The translations under genes were made by a program, and so were the position numbers. The notes beneath the pieces are model-generated. The model was not told where the DNA came from. It did not search any database and saw only the letters and a list, made by a program, of their open reading frames with translations. A stretch of 64,000 bases of DNA from Podarcis vaucheri (Eukaryota), in NCBI GenBank assembly GCA_965113315.1, contig OZ220371.1; one strand, written 5' to 3'. Of the stretch, positions 50,700 through 64,000 are shown piece after piece (the stretch's first letter is position 1; every line of letters begins with the position of its first letter).

Positions 50700-53600
50700 A
50701 AACGTCAGTCAGAGCGAGAGTCTCTCTCTCTCTCTCTCTCCCCCTGTATATGTGTGTGCGTGTGTGTCTGAAGGGAGCCACAATCTGCTCCCACTCTCCA
50801 GTGCTTGTCTGAACTCATGAGGCAGCACAGACCCCTCCGTGCAGAGCAACTCCAACCTCACTGGCAACCATCGCAGCAGCAACAGCAGCAGGTAACTGCC
50901 CAGGCAGCGCCTTACGCTCGCCTCCTCTCCGCCCGTCGCCGCAGAACGAGCCGCCTTGCACAGCCATATTTGATGTGTGGTGGGGTTTCTTTTTTCTTTT
51001 TTGGTTGCTTAGCTTTGGAGTTCTCCAGAAGCAGCTAGAGAGCAATTTAATGCCGAAGGTCGCTGCCTAGTGGAAATAATATAGTACGTCATTAATATGG
51101 CGCCAAAAGATTTGCTGCTTGATAGGGAGCAAAAAGGGGAGGCAGTTGAGTTGCAGCTTCACTATCCCATAAGCAACTTGTACATTGCTGGGGAGGAACC
51201 GGGTGGGGGCGAGGGGAGGAGGGAAAATCGGCGATTATTTTGGGAGCTTTTGAGAGCAGATCCGAAAGGGTTGCGCGCGCGGCGGGGGGGGGGGGAGAGT
51301 TAAGGGCTGGCTGCATTATTTTTTTTATGTCGCTGCAGACTTTGCTTTTCGCCAAACCTTTTTAAAGGTGAATGAACCCGGTTGTGGAGTTGTTGGGGTT
51401 CCCACCCCCCTTCGTGTCTTAAGTGTTGTTTCTTCATGCATCCATAGACTTTTGGTTTAGTTTCCTTTGTCGGTGAGGTGGAAGGCAGGCTACCCTAAAG
51501 CGCATCCATGCTGGCTGATAGATCAGCCCTACTCGGAAAGTGAAAAGCATTGTAAGAACTTGGGAGACAGATGGCAGCGGCAGAGCGCAGGTCCTTTTTA
51601 GATAGATCTCTCGGAAGGGGGGGGAGGGGTAGCCAGGGAACCAGGATCTGTCGCCGTGTCACCCACATGTTCAAAATATCCATTGCATTAATTCAAGGGC
51701 AGGGAGTGTACAGAGGGCAAAAACACAGTTTACCAAATAAATGCACCCTCCCTCCACAGATCGGATTGTGGTTTTCCTTTCCACGGAAAGCTTATAACGG
51801 TTGGGTGGACATAAAGCTTATTTTTGCAGGATTGATGCTGAACTTGGTGCAGCAGGGGCATTGTGTAGACCTGAAGATGAGCATTTTATTTTTATTTTTT
51901 TGCGGTGGGGGAAGCACCTCGATCCATGTTTTTTATTTTATTTTATTGGCTAAAACAACAATCCGAAGCGTGCTGTCTTTTATCTACGAACGCGGGAGCA
52001 AGTTGTAAGACCCCAAAAGTGCACGTGTTAGGAAGTGTGAGCTTATGGATATCAGGGAAACAAGGGGTGTGTGGTGTGTGCAGTAGTGGCGGGGCTTGTT
52101 GTTAGACTGCTGTTCTGCTGGGTGGCAGCAGATTCTCTCGGTGCTCAACGCTGCTGCTGCTGGCGTGGATGATTAATGCGGGGAAAGGATGGAATGTGGA
52201 AGGTTGCCCTGGGATTCGAATCCTCGTAGAACAGCCTCATTTGCTACATGCGCCTGCTCCCCCTTAAGGAGGCGGGCCTTTCTCGCTGGGCTGTGCGTGG
52301 AGACGGAGGAGTCCAGGCGGGCAGGCAGGTGCACGGCGTCAGCAAAAGCCTCAACTTACCCATTCTTTTAGTGCCATTTCACCCAATCCTCCCCCTTTGC
52401 GGCGGGGAGCTTAAATACATGTAGGGTTGCTGTGCAGCCGCAAGCGCTCGCAGGTGGTGGGTGCGAACTTTTCAAAACACTCTGCAGTCGAGGGGTCAGG
52501 CTGCCCTCAATTCCCCTCTGCATCAATAGTGGCACAGAAATGGAGCAGGCTCATGAGGCTCGGGGACCGTTGGGCTTCTCAGAGTGTGCGTTGGCGCCTT
52601 AATCTCTCCCTCCGCTCCGGACAAAACCTGGTAGCAGGCTCGGTAGTTATGTAAGAATGCATTCGAGAAACGTCACAAAGTGTACTCGGGAAATACGGGA
52701 GCATAGCCGCTAAATAACCCGCCAGATAGGTTAAATGTGCGTTATTGAGCAACGCCTTTAAGACTAACAGGAAAATGCAAGGAGTGTGTGAAGCGTACAT
52801 GGTGCCTACACCGGCGGAAGTATGGATCGGCTCCGGGGATGTGGAGAGCCGTTCCCTCTCCGCGTCAAAGCAAATAAAATGGGTGTAGGTGGTGGTGTTT
52901 TCAAATAACCGCATCATTGCCACCTAACGGCCCGTCCTCCGTTCCCAACCTCCAGCAGGAGGGAGGGAATGCAGCTGAGGCGATCGTGCCCCCTTGCTGA
53001 AATTAGACAAAGCCGCCACAGTGCTCTTCTGCTCGCTCATCTCCTTAGGCTTGTTATATTTTTTTGCGGCGGGGGTGTGTGTTACTTCCCATCTTCAATC
53101 TTTGCAAGCTGCTCAAATCGTAGGAGGGTTTTCACCTCGGACCCCCCCCCTTTCCTCCAATGCACCCTTTGTGGTGGGGATTGGTATTGTGTCTTTCCCT
53201 CCCCTTCTCTCCAGCGGGTGGGGGCCAGAGGGCGTTTGTTTGTTTGCAACCGCCTGCTGGATGGTTTCCTGTGACAAGAGGTGATACAGTTTCCAGAACT
53301 GTCGAGGAGTGGGAGGAGAGAGGGAGGAGGGAGGCAGGCAGGCAGCTCCTCCAAGGCGGCTCTCTGCTCGATTCAGTCAACCTCCCCTCCCTCCTTCCCC
53401 AGACATTACAACATGGAGATCAGGGGGGAGGGAAATCAGGCAACCGGGAGGGTTGCGTGGCCGCTTTGAGCGCGACGAGAGGTGGATTTGGGAGGGAGAG
53501 CGAGAGAGCTGCGCCGGGAGCACCAAGTTTGATTTGCAGCCGGGGTTGAGCGGATTGGTGCAGCCGGGAAGAGAGGGCGGAGCGGAAGGAGCCAGGCTGG

Positions 53601-53960
53601 AGGATGCGACGAGGAGGGCCGGTCAGTTGCAAGTGGAGAGACGAGCGGTGGGGATGTGGCTGGTGCGCAGGAAGGTGCCGTCGGTGCCCCCACGTCTCAC
53701 CTTTCCGAGCGCCGTCCCGGTATTTCTGCCCCCGCCTCGCCGTCCGCGGTGGCACCCGCTACCATCGGGAGCCGGCGGCCCCTCCTTCGCCGGGTGGATT
53801 GCGAAGGCGGCCGGCAAAGAACTGCTGCCTTGAACGGGTTGGGGAAGCGAGTGGGCGGGTTCAGGAGACGCGGCTGTACCTTCGGAGCAGCTGTTGCCCT
53901 CAAACTGAAAACGGCGCTTGAAAGAATGGGATGGAAATAATCGTGTGTGTGTGCGCGAGA
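50700..53960 (+). promoter_or_regulatory. JADE1: CpG-island promoter region of JADE1 with candidate alternative first exons
   Basis: Sharp rise in CpG/GC, no recognisable TEs, located 8-11 kb upstream of the first coding exon. YY1-like AATATGGCG at ~51094 and ETS-like CGGAAGT at ~52815. Candidate donors CAG|GTAACT (50891), AAG|GTGAAT (51367) and AAG|GTGCCG (53674). Confidence 0.8.
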
Positions 53961-56900
53961 GAGAGGGGGAGATACTAAAATCAAGCCTTCGTTGGGATAC
54001 CTGTCATGAGGAAAAAGAAGCTTAAAAGCACAAGTTGAAAGTTTAAGCCCCTTTCTCTCCCCCCATGGGGTCCTTTCTGTCCAAATCTGTGCTTGAGGTG
54101 AATCTTTGCGATAAACCAAGTGTACAAAGTTAGCTGCTCAGGATTTTATGCAAGTTTCATGGCAGAACAACAACAAATTGTTCTGGGAGGTCAGATGCAC
54201 CAAGTTGTATTTCTGCTAAAATGGATATGCAGAACAAAGTAAAAATATGCCATATGAATCATAGGATGCATAGTCTGTCATGATTGACAGTCTTCACAAC
54301 ACTCAAAGCAAGGTAGTTTAAGGGTGGCTCCTGCGTCCCCTTTCAGAGCATGCTTATAGATGTAGTGAGGGTTCTTGCCTGTGTTTTGAGATCACAGGTG
54401 TAGGTTATTACAGATTGTTGTTGAATGCAACAGTTTGCTCTTGAGTTTGTGACCTGTGTGTTTAAATCTTTTACCACCACTGCTAATCTTTAATACAGTA
54501 TGTAATCCCTAAATGGCAGGTTATCTGTACAATTTTTGAATCTGTTTGTCAAGATACTAAAAGACATCATCTTGATACATAATGATAAATGCAACTTTGA
54601 ATGAATAATATTTGTCAGTGACTGTCGTAAATAGAGACCATGGCTGCGATCTAGTCCAGAGTCCTACCCACTTAAGACTTTGGTCCTGTTAATGCTCTTT
54701 GTGGGAGTAAACTCCATTGATCTCTGGGGCTTATTTCTCAATAAACATACATAGAATTGCATTGTGCATCCATTTGGTTAAGTGTTTATAAATGGACACT
54801 GCAATAGGTGGCCTGTTACTGTAATAATATATTGAACTGTTTCCCACAGCATAGCTAAGATGCAGCTTTTGAAAGCGATCGCTCTCTGTCTCCAGTAGCT
54901 TGTACAGAGTTGAACCTTTTGAAATGGATTCTGGTAACATCTTCCTCCACACTTAAGTTGCTAAATAAATCTGATGGGTGAGAGGTAGATTAAACTTCGC
55001 TACTAAAACCAAAATAGGTTGGTTAGCCTTCAGAAGCTATACAGATATAATGCTGAACTAATTTTTAACAAAACAATATTCTGCATTGGTGCAAAGTTAG
55101 CAGAAAAATCTACTGAAGTCACTTGTGCGTAACTGAAAGACACCTGTGTATCAATTACTCTGTGACTTTAGGAGTGTCATTTACCGTAAATGTAGCCCAA
55201 GACTAGATGGCACACTTCTTAACACATATGCAAAATAATATTTGAAATGATCTCTAGCATAGATGTTCTAATTAGGTCTTGATGCAGCCAGTATCATATC
55301 AGTTCATGGGCTATTTTGGAGAAAACTAATTCTTCAGTCTGTCTTTAGGGTGTACATTTGCATTCTCCCTGTGCTGTCTCTGTAGTGGTTCTGTGCAGTT
55401 TATTATAGTTGCACCCGTTAACACTGTTATAGTTAATGATCTGTCAGAGCTGGAATTATAAATCCTGTTTACCCAGGGGTTTATGGAAGTCATTAAAAGT
55501 ACTCTGGAAGGAAAAACAGGTTATAAAAGCTTTGACCTGGGGATGCACATTTAATGTCCATATAAAATTCTGTTTCTCTTCAGCCATTAAAATAATAATT
55601 GTAGCCACTTTGAAACTACATTTTCTCCACATGCTGCTGTTCAACCTATATCAAGCTTTGCAAATATATATCAAGACTTCCTGAATATTGATATACCTAG
55701 AAAGTGAAAAATGGAATATATCTTATTTTGTTGTGTTTAATTTTACAGAGCAATACCTAAATTTCTGTTTAGTGGAAAATAGGTAACCCTCTATAAAATG
55801 AGAGAATGGGAGAATGTCTAAAATGTTACTGCAAGATTAACTAAATCTTACAATATGAACATGGTGTGTTGTTGAATCTATGTTGATGTTATTGTTTATA
55901 TAGATACAGCATTGTGCCTCCATAGTAACACAGTAATTTAATTCACTTTCTCAACTGCCTTTTTACACTGAAGTTGTTAGGGTTGCTTTTCCCTACTTTC
56001 CTCCTAAAATCTGCTAAAGTGTGGCTGTGTTCAGATGATCATATCTCAACCCCTTCGCAGCATGAGTAACCAAACAAGGAAGTCTTATCAATTAAAACAG
56101 GTTCTCGTGTCACCCAAACCAGGAAAAACAACTTTGGAACAAACCAGGATATTAACTTGTGGGTTGAAGATGTTTTCAAAGGCTGGCTTGTTCCAAAGTT
56201 GGCAACTATGGTTTCTTAATTTGTATTTGAACTAGAGGCTTCCTGGTTTAACCATAGCTTCTGTAAAGGTGGTGTGCACAGGGAAAATACTTCTTAAGCT
56301 GAGATATGATCATTCAGACCAACTCAGAAGTTAGGTAATAACCCATAGCAAGTTGTCATTTTAAAGGGAAGTTAAATAGAAACAAAGGGATAGAAATATG
56401 TAATGTTAATGCTCCCAATACTGACCGGGGGGGGGGAGAATCAAAATGTGGGTTGAGCTAATAAGTTGCATGTTACTGTCCCTAAACTTGTTGGCTTGTA
56501 TAATGGGTTTTGTGTGTGTGTTTTTTTAAAGCCAATTGAAGGGAGCTTTGGAATATAGCAACCAAAAAATAATCAACTATGCACTGGTTGTATTTATCTA
56601 TGGAGGGCTGGAGGGCAGGCTAACTGAGCAGGGAAGGGCGGGAGAGAGTGAAAACGCTGGATGGATGTGATATGGAAATATTCAAGTTGGAAAAGGCAAA
56701 TGCTCCTCTCCTTAGGCTGATTAGAGTGTTTCCCTGTGTGAGTTTTTTTGTGCTAATCATTTGCTGTTTTGTAGAAATGTAGGCTGCTGCCTTACACAGA
56801 TCATACTGTTTGTCCATTGCGTCTGTATTGTCTACTCTGATTGGCAGCAGCTCACCTACAATTTCATGCAGTGATTTTCTCCAGCATTGCTATCAGAGAT

Positions 56901-57884
56901 CCTCAGGTTTTGTTGGACTACAACTCTTGCCAGCTTCAGTCAGCATGACCAGTGGTGAGGGATGATAGAAGTTGTAGTACAGCAACATATGCAGTGCAGC
57001 CACTGGTTCTTCGTCCCAGCTTTAATAGGCGATGCCAGGGATTGAACATAGGAAGGATTATCTGTGTGCAAAACATGTGCTCTGTCACTGAGCTAAATAG
57101 TCCCTCTGTGTTGTGCAAGCCTTATCATTCTTCTCTGCCTCTTCTAAGTAACGTATAGTTTGCAAATGTTGCAACATCATTAATCATAGCATTTCCTAAA
57201 TCACTAATGATTTCAGGCACAACTCCTTTCAGACAAACATGTCTCTGGGATAAGCTTCTGTTCATCTCCACTTTGAAAATTGGCCATGCTTCTTATTTTT
57301 TAAAAAACAGTGAGTTACAAAAAAGACATTTCCTTTCCCACCATGACTCTTTAGAAATTAATGCGAGACACAGTTGGAAAATGCCCATATGCAGGGGTAA
57401 CTGAAACTTGATTCCAGAGCCTAGGGATTTCAACTATTTTTCTGTGCTAAGGTGTCAGCAATTTTTTGACAGTTCAAATACACAGCATAGACTGGCTCAT
57501 TCTTACCTACCTTATTTCTAAGTGATAAAGATAAAACGTTTAGGTAGCTTGTTCTTGAGCTTGCAATTACTTGTTTCTAAAAAATAAGAAACACTTCTAT
57601 TTATTCATCATGTTTGGCAATCTTGGAAGCAGGTGGAACTCTCCAGAGAAAATGTTAAAACCTTTTTTTCTTAATACTCCTGATCTAATGGGGAAATCTA
57701 TGAATTTTAGAGAATTTTAATAGCAGACTCCTGCAACAGTTTTGGAATATTGTTGTTGAATTGGTTGATCTTTTACTCAGTTGGTCTATCTAAACCCAAG
57801 TTTGGTCTACTCATCATACATGATTGATGGTTCAGCAAAGGCTTCCCAAATTCTTACAGTGCACACTATTAGTTATTTAATAAT

Positions 57885-58275
57885 ACTTTATTTATTTCTT
57901 ACATTTGCATCCCATCCTTCTTCCCAAAGAAGCTGAGGGCATCTAAAAACTATTCCAATGCAGATACAGATTTGGAAAGATATCTACTTAAAAGGCTTGT
58001 TGGAAGAGGAAGGTCTTCAGAAGGTGTTAAAGGGACAGTAGAGTTTGTGTCTGTCTCATATTTAATGGGAAGAAATTCCAAAGGGTAGGTGCCACAGCAC
58101 TAAAGCCTCTTCCTATATTGTGTGGAACGGAATGAGCCTCCTGATAAAATGGTATCAGCAATCAGCCCTCACCTGCAGAGTGCAGTGATTGAGTGCATAT
58201 ATAAAGGATAAGGCAGTCTGGCTCCCAAGTTGTAGAGGGCTTCATACACCAAAACTAGCACTTTGCACTTAGTTC
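57885..58275 (-). mobile_element. Degenerate L2-like LINE 3' fragment
   Basis: 'aaaggcttgttggaagaggaaggtcttcag...ttccaaagggtaggtgccacagcactaaagcc' resembles reverse-oriented reptile L2 ends (recognition only). Confidence 0.45.
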
Positions 58276-58834
58276 AGTAACTTGGCACTAATGCAAAATT
58301 TAACATCTTCAAAATGCTCAGTGGGAGCTGAATTACCCATTCAGAAATCTTCCTTGTATTGCACCACTTCAGACTGCTGGCTACCCAACAAATATTTTCC
58401 AACTTAAAAATCTCTGCGTGTACAACAAATAAACCAAGGAGTACCCTAGACTTTAACCTACTTGACATGCTAACTTTCCATAGGAAGAGAGTTTTTTTAA
58501 AAAGAAACATTGGGACTAGTATTCAGTGGTTTATTCATCCCCACCTTCTCTGTGGGTGACATTCATTTGCTTGTTCTTGTCATTAGAATTTAACATGTCT
58601 GAAACAAACAAACAAAACTTTTTTTATGTTAAGACAAACCAGCTCAAAGTAGAGCAATTTATATTAAGAAATTCTGTCATCAGTGGCTAGAATGTATGTC
58701 TGGCCAATGCCTTTCTACACATCGGACTTAAGCAGAAGTCATTCTGTAGATATGATATCTTAGACAAGGGCATTACAGACTGTTGGAGTAATGCAGTGCT
58801 TCACTTGGTTGAAACTAAAATCTTAGTGGCTACT

Positions 58835-59022
58835 ATAGGAAACTAGCTTATACTGAATCAGACCATTGGTCCATCTAGCTCAGTGTGGGCTGTGCTGATT
58901 GGCAGAGGCTCTCTAAGGTTGCAGGCAGGAAATCCTCGTAGCCCTACCTGGAGATGCCAGTGGTTGAACGTGGGACCTTCTGCATGCAAAGCAGGTACAG
59001 TGTCCATGAGCTATGGCCCTTC
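58835..59022 (-). mobile_element. tRNA-derived SINE with CR1-like tail
   Basis: The minus strand reads GGGCCATAGCTCA...TTTGCATGCAGAAGGTCCCACGTTCAACC (tRNA-like head). Further decayed copies lie at ~56800-57105 and ~59050-59200. Confidence 0.65.
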
Positions 59023-62000
59023 CATGAGACAGTAGTTATTAGGCCTGCACTTAAGAAGCTGCCCTGCATTGAGTCAGGCTGTTGGTCTCTATAGCTCTGT
59101 ACTGTCCAGTGTCTTTGGCGGTTGGCAGCGAGAAGTCATTCTCAGCCCTAGCTGGGACCTTTTCCTTGTAGGGAGTGTGCTCTGCCACTGAGCAATGGGC
59201 CTTGAATATTGCAAGTCGAGAGGTGATGTTTAGGTTTTTCGTTTAATATAATCATATGTAAATTATCTTTGTGAAGGTTGGCAACTTACTAATACGTTGT
59301 GCATGAGAATCTTTTACTGGAATTTAGATACTTACAAAACAGCTGGAGGTCAGATATGTACAGTAGCTGGCTGTTCTGTGAATGCTAGCTGCAGTATTTG
59401 TTTTTTGTACCACCTGGTTGAAAGGGCTTAACAATCCTTTTGAAAATGGAGCTGTTCATCAGTAGAATGTTATGCTTCAATCTTTCCCAGAAGTGGGACA
59501 TAGCTACTCCCTAAATTTTTGATACAGCTTGCAATGTTTTGTCTGCCTTTGTCGTTGGTTGCATCCTGTGCTTAACCATCTGTGGATGAGTTAAACAAGG
59601 GTTGTAGATTTCTGTTTTTTCACGCTTTAGGTCCATAGCATTGAGACACATTATTTCAATTCCAAGAGACTGAAATGGCTAGCATACTTTGGACAAAATC
59701 TACTCAGTTCTACCTCTGATTAGCTGTCTTTAGTGAGGTCTTTATTCAGTTTGTATAATTTAACTTTATCTGCCTCTATAGCTTGTGCAGCATCCAAATA
59801 TTTGAATATCCAGACTTTCTGATAATAGGGATTTCTATTTACCTGGAGTTACATAGCAGCAAGCACAAGTGTAACTAAGAGTTAAAGATAATGGGACTAT
59901 GATTGCTTATAGTGATGTTTACTCCATGGGAAATGGCCCATGGGTTCTAGTGTGGTTTCTGTCTTATGAGTCCAGCTTCTCTGTTAAGGGTTTGTAATCT
60001 AAGCATATTGCTCTTTTTAAACATCCATTACAATTAGACATACTTTCTACATTTCACTTGGCTAGATGTCCGTGTTGTAAATGCCAGTGGAGCAGCTTAT
60101 TAGAAGTTGCTGTTCGTATGACATCTAATCAGTTCAGTGTCTGAGCACCAAACTAGAAGCAAATCAGCTTGGCAGCTGATTTCTGAAACTGCACCTGGAA
60201 GGCGTGCCTTGGGATTTTGCTGCTAATGGCTTGGCCAGCCCACATTGTCATTGGAACTGAAACATGGCAAACTAAGCCTCATGAGATTTGATGCATGTCC
60301 TAGAGTACTTGTCACTTTAATTCACGCTGAACATGCTTTGCTTCACTTGTTGTGTCACGTTGTTTCCGCTTTTTTAGCTCCCCGTCACCCCCCTTTCCTG
60401 GCCTTTTAGCACTTGGATACTCACTGGCTATTTTTATGTTGTAACTGAGAGTCTGCATTTATTGCATAATGTAATGCTTTGGAGCATCATCTCTGCTGAA
60501 GGGACCTATTAGGATAAAGAGTTTTTCACTTCTCGGAGCTTATTCATGTAGTCATTTAAGTGTGCTGATGTCAGCACACATTGGACAGATTTAGTAGGTT
60601 TTTGTCATTTTAACCAGCTTCATGAATGTTCCAGCACATGTCCAGGATGAGACTAGCCACAGTCTGGTTCTATTAGCTTTTCAATTATTTTTAAGAAAAT
60701 GGTTAGTCATGATCTAGACATGTTTTGGAACGTTTATAAGGCCAGGCTGCTAAGCCAACACAGGTGCTGATGTTTTCAGTCATTATCAGGGAGAGGCTGC
60801 GTGAGTACCCTTGCCAAACTCATTGGTAACCAAATAAACATTTATAAAATTTGTCTATATTCTGACTCCTTCTGAATGCTGAAAGTGTTGTTCATGGATA
60901 GGATGTTGCTACCACATGTGCTGAAAAGATCCTTAAGCAGTGTCCTCCTAAATGTGGAAGTGAGAAACAGAGACCAAATGTTTTCTTACATTACATATAT
61001 TTTTAAAAATTACCCATGCTTTGGCTTTACAAGTCCCTATCTTTATCACTGATGGCTATTTCAGTGAAGGATAGAAACTGGGAATTCCTGATAGCTGTCA
61101 GAATAAATACAGCAAGTGCAGCCATAAGAAAGAATAAATGTGTAGATGACTTCTCCACTTGCCTTGCTGCTTTGACTTTTTAACAAATCCTGAATTGCAA
61201 ATCAGAACAACCTAAGGATTTGGGAGCAGATTGCACAGCAGCAGTACCGTTACTGAGAGAAGTTTTGATATCCTTTTTTCTGTGTCTCAGTGGGGTAGAT
61301 TCTTGCATTGTTCTTTCTGCCATGAAATTGCTTCTTGCCATGGGGAGCCACATGGGACTAAATTATGTGAAAGGCTCAACATGGATTAGGATTGTGGCCA
61401 GCATGAACGTAGTGTTGATAATTTGCTCAATTTATGTATCTATGGTCTTAATGCATTATGAATTCGCCTCCCACAACACATCTTCACATGCACATCCCCA
61501 CTCAGGAAATGTTAGCTCATTGTGAATCCAGTCTCTGTTTGGTATACTGTTCAGTTACAGTCTCTGTTTCTGTGTTGTCATAGGAGCTTAGTGATTGGCT
61601 AGTGTGGGAACATTTCTATGCATACTGCTTGCTCAGTTGAAGGATGCAGTGACCTTTGTAATTAGTCTTGCTGTTTTGATGCCTCCTACGACTGTAAAAC
61701 CTTTTCATAAATGTGCTGTACAATATAAATATTGGCTAAATAGGGACAAAGTATATGCTCTGTTGCAGTTGCTTTAAATTTGCTAATATCAAAGTCATAA
61801 AAAAGATCTTACATCTTCTTGGGGTGAGCTTGGCTTGAGGATTCCATCAACAATGGTGGCCCAGGACATTCTGCTTCCTGAGGCAAAGGACAGTATGGTG
61901 CCCCATTCCTAGTCCATGCCCAGAAGTCAGCTGGGGTAGCAGTTTTATTTTTCAAAACTGGTGATTGGACATTGTCTTCCACTGTACCTGAAGGCAGGAG

Positions 62001-62256
62001 GCTAGCTTAGGTGGCGGTACAGGGCAAGCCACATAAGCCACCCATCTCTGTCCTCCAAGGTTTTGCTACCACTCCCCAGCATGTTGCTTAGGGCAGCTGC
62101 TGCGCTCTGTCTAATTGTGGGGACGTGCATTCTAAACTGAACATCTTCAGGATGTTTGCTGCTTTTATTTATGCTACTTAATGGCACTTGCTTTCATTTG
62201 TGAGCTCTTTGATTCAGAACTTCATAACTTCTGGTTTCTGTTGCATTTCTTCACAG

Positions 62257-62282
62257 GCTGCCTGCTGTTACCCGGGAAGATC
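62257..62282 (+). other. JADE1: 5' UTR part of the first coding exon of JADE1
   Basis: Polypyrimidine tract and acceptor ...TTTCTTCACAG (AG at 62255-62256), then 26 nt before the ATG. Confidence 0.85.
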
Positions 62283-62334
62283 ATGAAACGAGGTCGACTT
62301 CCCAGCAGCAGTGAGGATTCTGATGACAATGGCA
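62283..62334 (+). CDS. JADE1: JADE1 (PHF17; HBO1/KAT7 acetyltransferase complex scaffold), first coding exon, 52 nt, phase-1 donor
   Basis: Translates MKRGRLPSSSEDSDDNG(S), which I recognise as the vertebrate JADE1 N-terminus. Followed by canonical donor GTAAGT at 62335. The gene continues beyond the window. Confidence 0.93.
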
Positions 62335-64000
62335 GTAAGTACTCCTTTTTGTTGTGCTTGTATCACACTAGGTTTATGAGTTTATTTAAACACACACACA
62401 CAACTTTGCATATGACACTTTAAATAACAAAGGTGATTTGCATATCAGTTGGGTAGAGAGCTAATATGAAAAAGCTTTGCTAAAATCAAACAGATTTCAA
62501 TAGGTGAACAGCAGTAAGGCACCCCAAGGCTTTACAGCTGATTACACAGCATGCAGTAATACATTTCTACCCCCAAACCCAAACAAATTAAAGTATTTTT
62601 TGGTTTAAAGTTGAAGTAAATATTTGCCACATCAGTTGTAAATGTTGTCAAGTCTTCAGGTTGTAATAAGGGGATCAAAGTTTGATTTGAGGCTGCTTGT
62701 CAAGCTTATGTCACCATTTTCTTATGCATATCATGAATGGGGTTCATAATACTCCTGTTTTTCTATACACTGCTTATGTGTCAGCAGGCCCCTTAAGTTA
62801 ACACCTAGGAAAAGTTGACCTATTGTGCATGTTGTTTTTTGATACCCACTCCTGTGGAGTACTAACATGCAGTACAAAGGGTAATTTAAGCAACTTCTTC
62901 CTAAATAGTGGTTTGTGAGAGCTTTTGTGAATGGTTCATAAAGTAGACAGTGATGAGACCATGATACAAAGGGTACAGTAGCTTTTTCCAAGTAGTGGGG
63001 AAGGGAGACAATTTTGGAATACAAAATTCCCTTTCAGTTTTTTATTATTTGGAGACTCAGGCCCACTCCCACACTGTGTTCAAACTGAAATGCTGTTGTT
63101 TGCCAACAAATGAGATATAAAAAGTAATATATGATTTTGAACATTTGCATTGCCATGTTTGCAAAACAAGTGTAGATTGGAAGCCTATGAGTAGGGGCTT
63201 GCTTCTTTTTATCTCTGTTCAGCAGCTGTGGTCTTGAAAAAACACATATCTCTTTAACACATATTATTTGGAAGTCCACTTTTTCAACTTTAAAAATGTA
63301 CTTTGTGTGTAAACATTATAGTCATGTTTGACAACTTAAGATAGCTTTTCATGACTGTAGGTTTTGGGTTTAACTATTGCATGCTTTTGTAATAATTTGA
63401 AGCTTATGTTTAAACTTATGTTTAAGCTTCTGTTTAAACACTGACCCTCCCTGGGAGAAGTCTTTGTAAGAATGTGTGGGAAATATCAGTTGTTGTATGT
63501 TTTGCCTGGGGTGAGCTTATCACCCAGAGAAATGAGTTGCCTGAATCTATCCTTAGAGACTCATTTTCCTTTCTGCCCAAGAAATGTACTAGAGCTGGTG
63601 CAAAGTCTGATTACCTACAATAAAACTAGCCAGACATGTATAGATTTAGGAAGACCTCTTCACACCTTCAAGATGGCATAAGAATCTGGTGTTCTGGAAG
63701 TGATCATATGAGTGCTTCATTAAATAAGTGTTCAAGCCTCTTTGGTAACTTTGCAGCAATGTGATAAATGTGAATTCTGTTAGGCATGTGGTGAAGTAGT
63801 CACATGACTGCATCACTGACTGCCCAGTTCTGTCAATATCTTTTAGGTGTGTATTTCTCCCATCAGGAACAGGATAGTGACCTGGTGAAGTAGGTGGCAA
63901 ATCCCTCTGGAATAACAGGGTACGGATCAAAGGTGACAGCTGGGAGGGCCTTCCTCACATACTGTGTTTCTCACCTCCAAAGAAACAACATGTTCTCCCT

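Noticed and set aside
52205-52225. GGGATTCGAATCC resembling a tRNA B box
   Set aside because: Mismatch to GTTCRA, no A box and no cloverleaf.
52969-54119. Cluster of 80-170 aa ORFs in the CpG island
   Set aside because: Expected from stop-codon scarcity in GC-rich DNA. Low complexity and no recognisable homology.
62181-62423. 80-aa ORF spanning the JADE1 exon
   Set aside because: It reads through intronic sequence on both sides. Only 62283-62334 is coding.

Overview
This is vertebrate genomic DNA from a squamate reptile (Sauria SINEs, CR1 LINEs and lizard-type MITEs; probably a lacertid lizard, which is inference). About 50 kb of repeat-rich sequence with no recognisable host exons is followed by a CpG-island promoter (~50.7-54 kb) with several candidate first exons, and then the first coding exon of JADE1/PHF17 (62257-62334, MKRGRLPSSSEDSDDNG). 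The only long ORF is the intact ORF2 of a young, 5'-truncated CR1 LINE, which sits inside a Sauria SINE that itself sits inside an old CR1 remnant. The most notable observations are: (1) an in-phase U_UUA_AAC slippery heptamer directly before the CR1 ORF1 stop with ORF2 open in the -1 frame, a candidate programmed ribosomal frameshift in a LINE; (2) a Tc2/pogo-like MITE carrying a GC-rich 148-bp tandem array in which every unit is made of two palindromes; (3) uORFs from two candidate JADE1 first exons that would both stop at a TGA overlapping the JADE1 ATG. Repeat family names are by recognition of structure, not database search. Most short ORFs in the track are noise.
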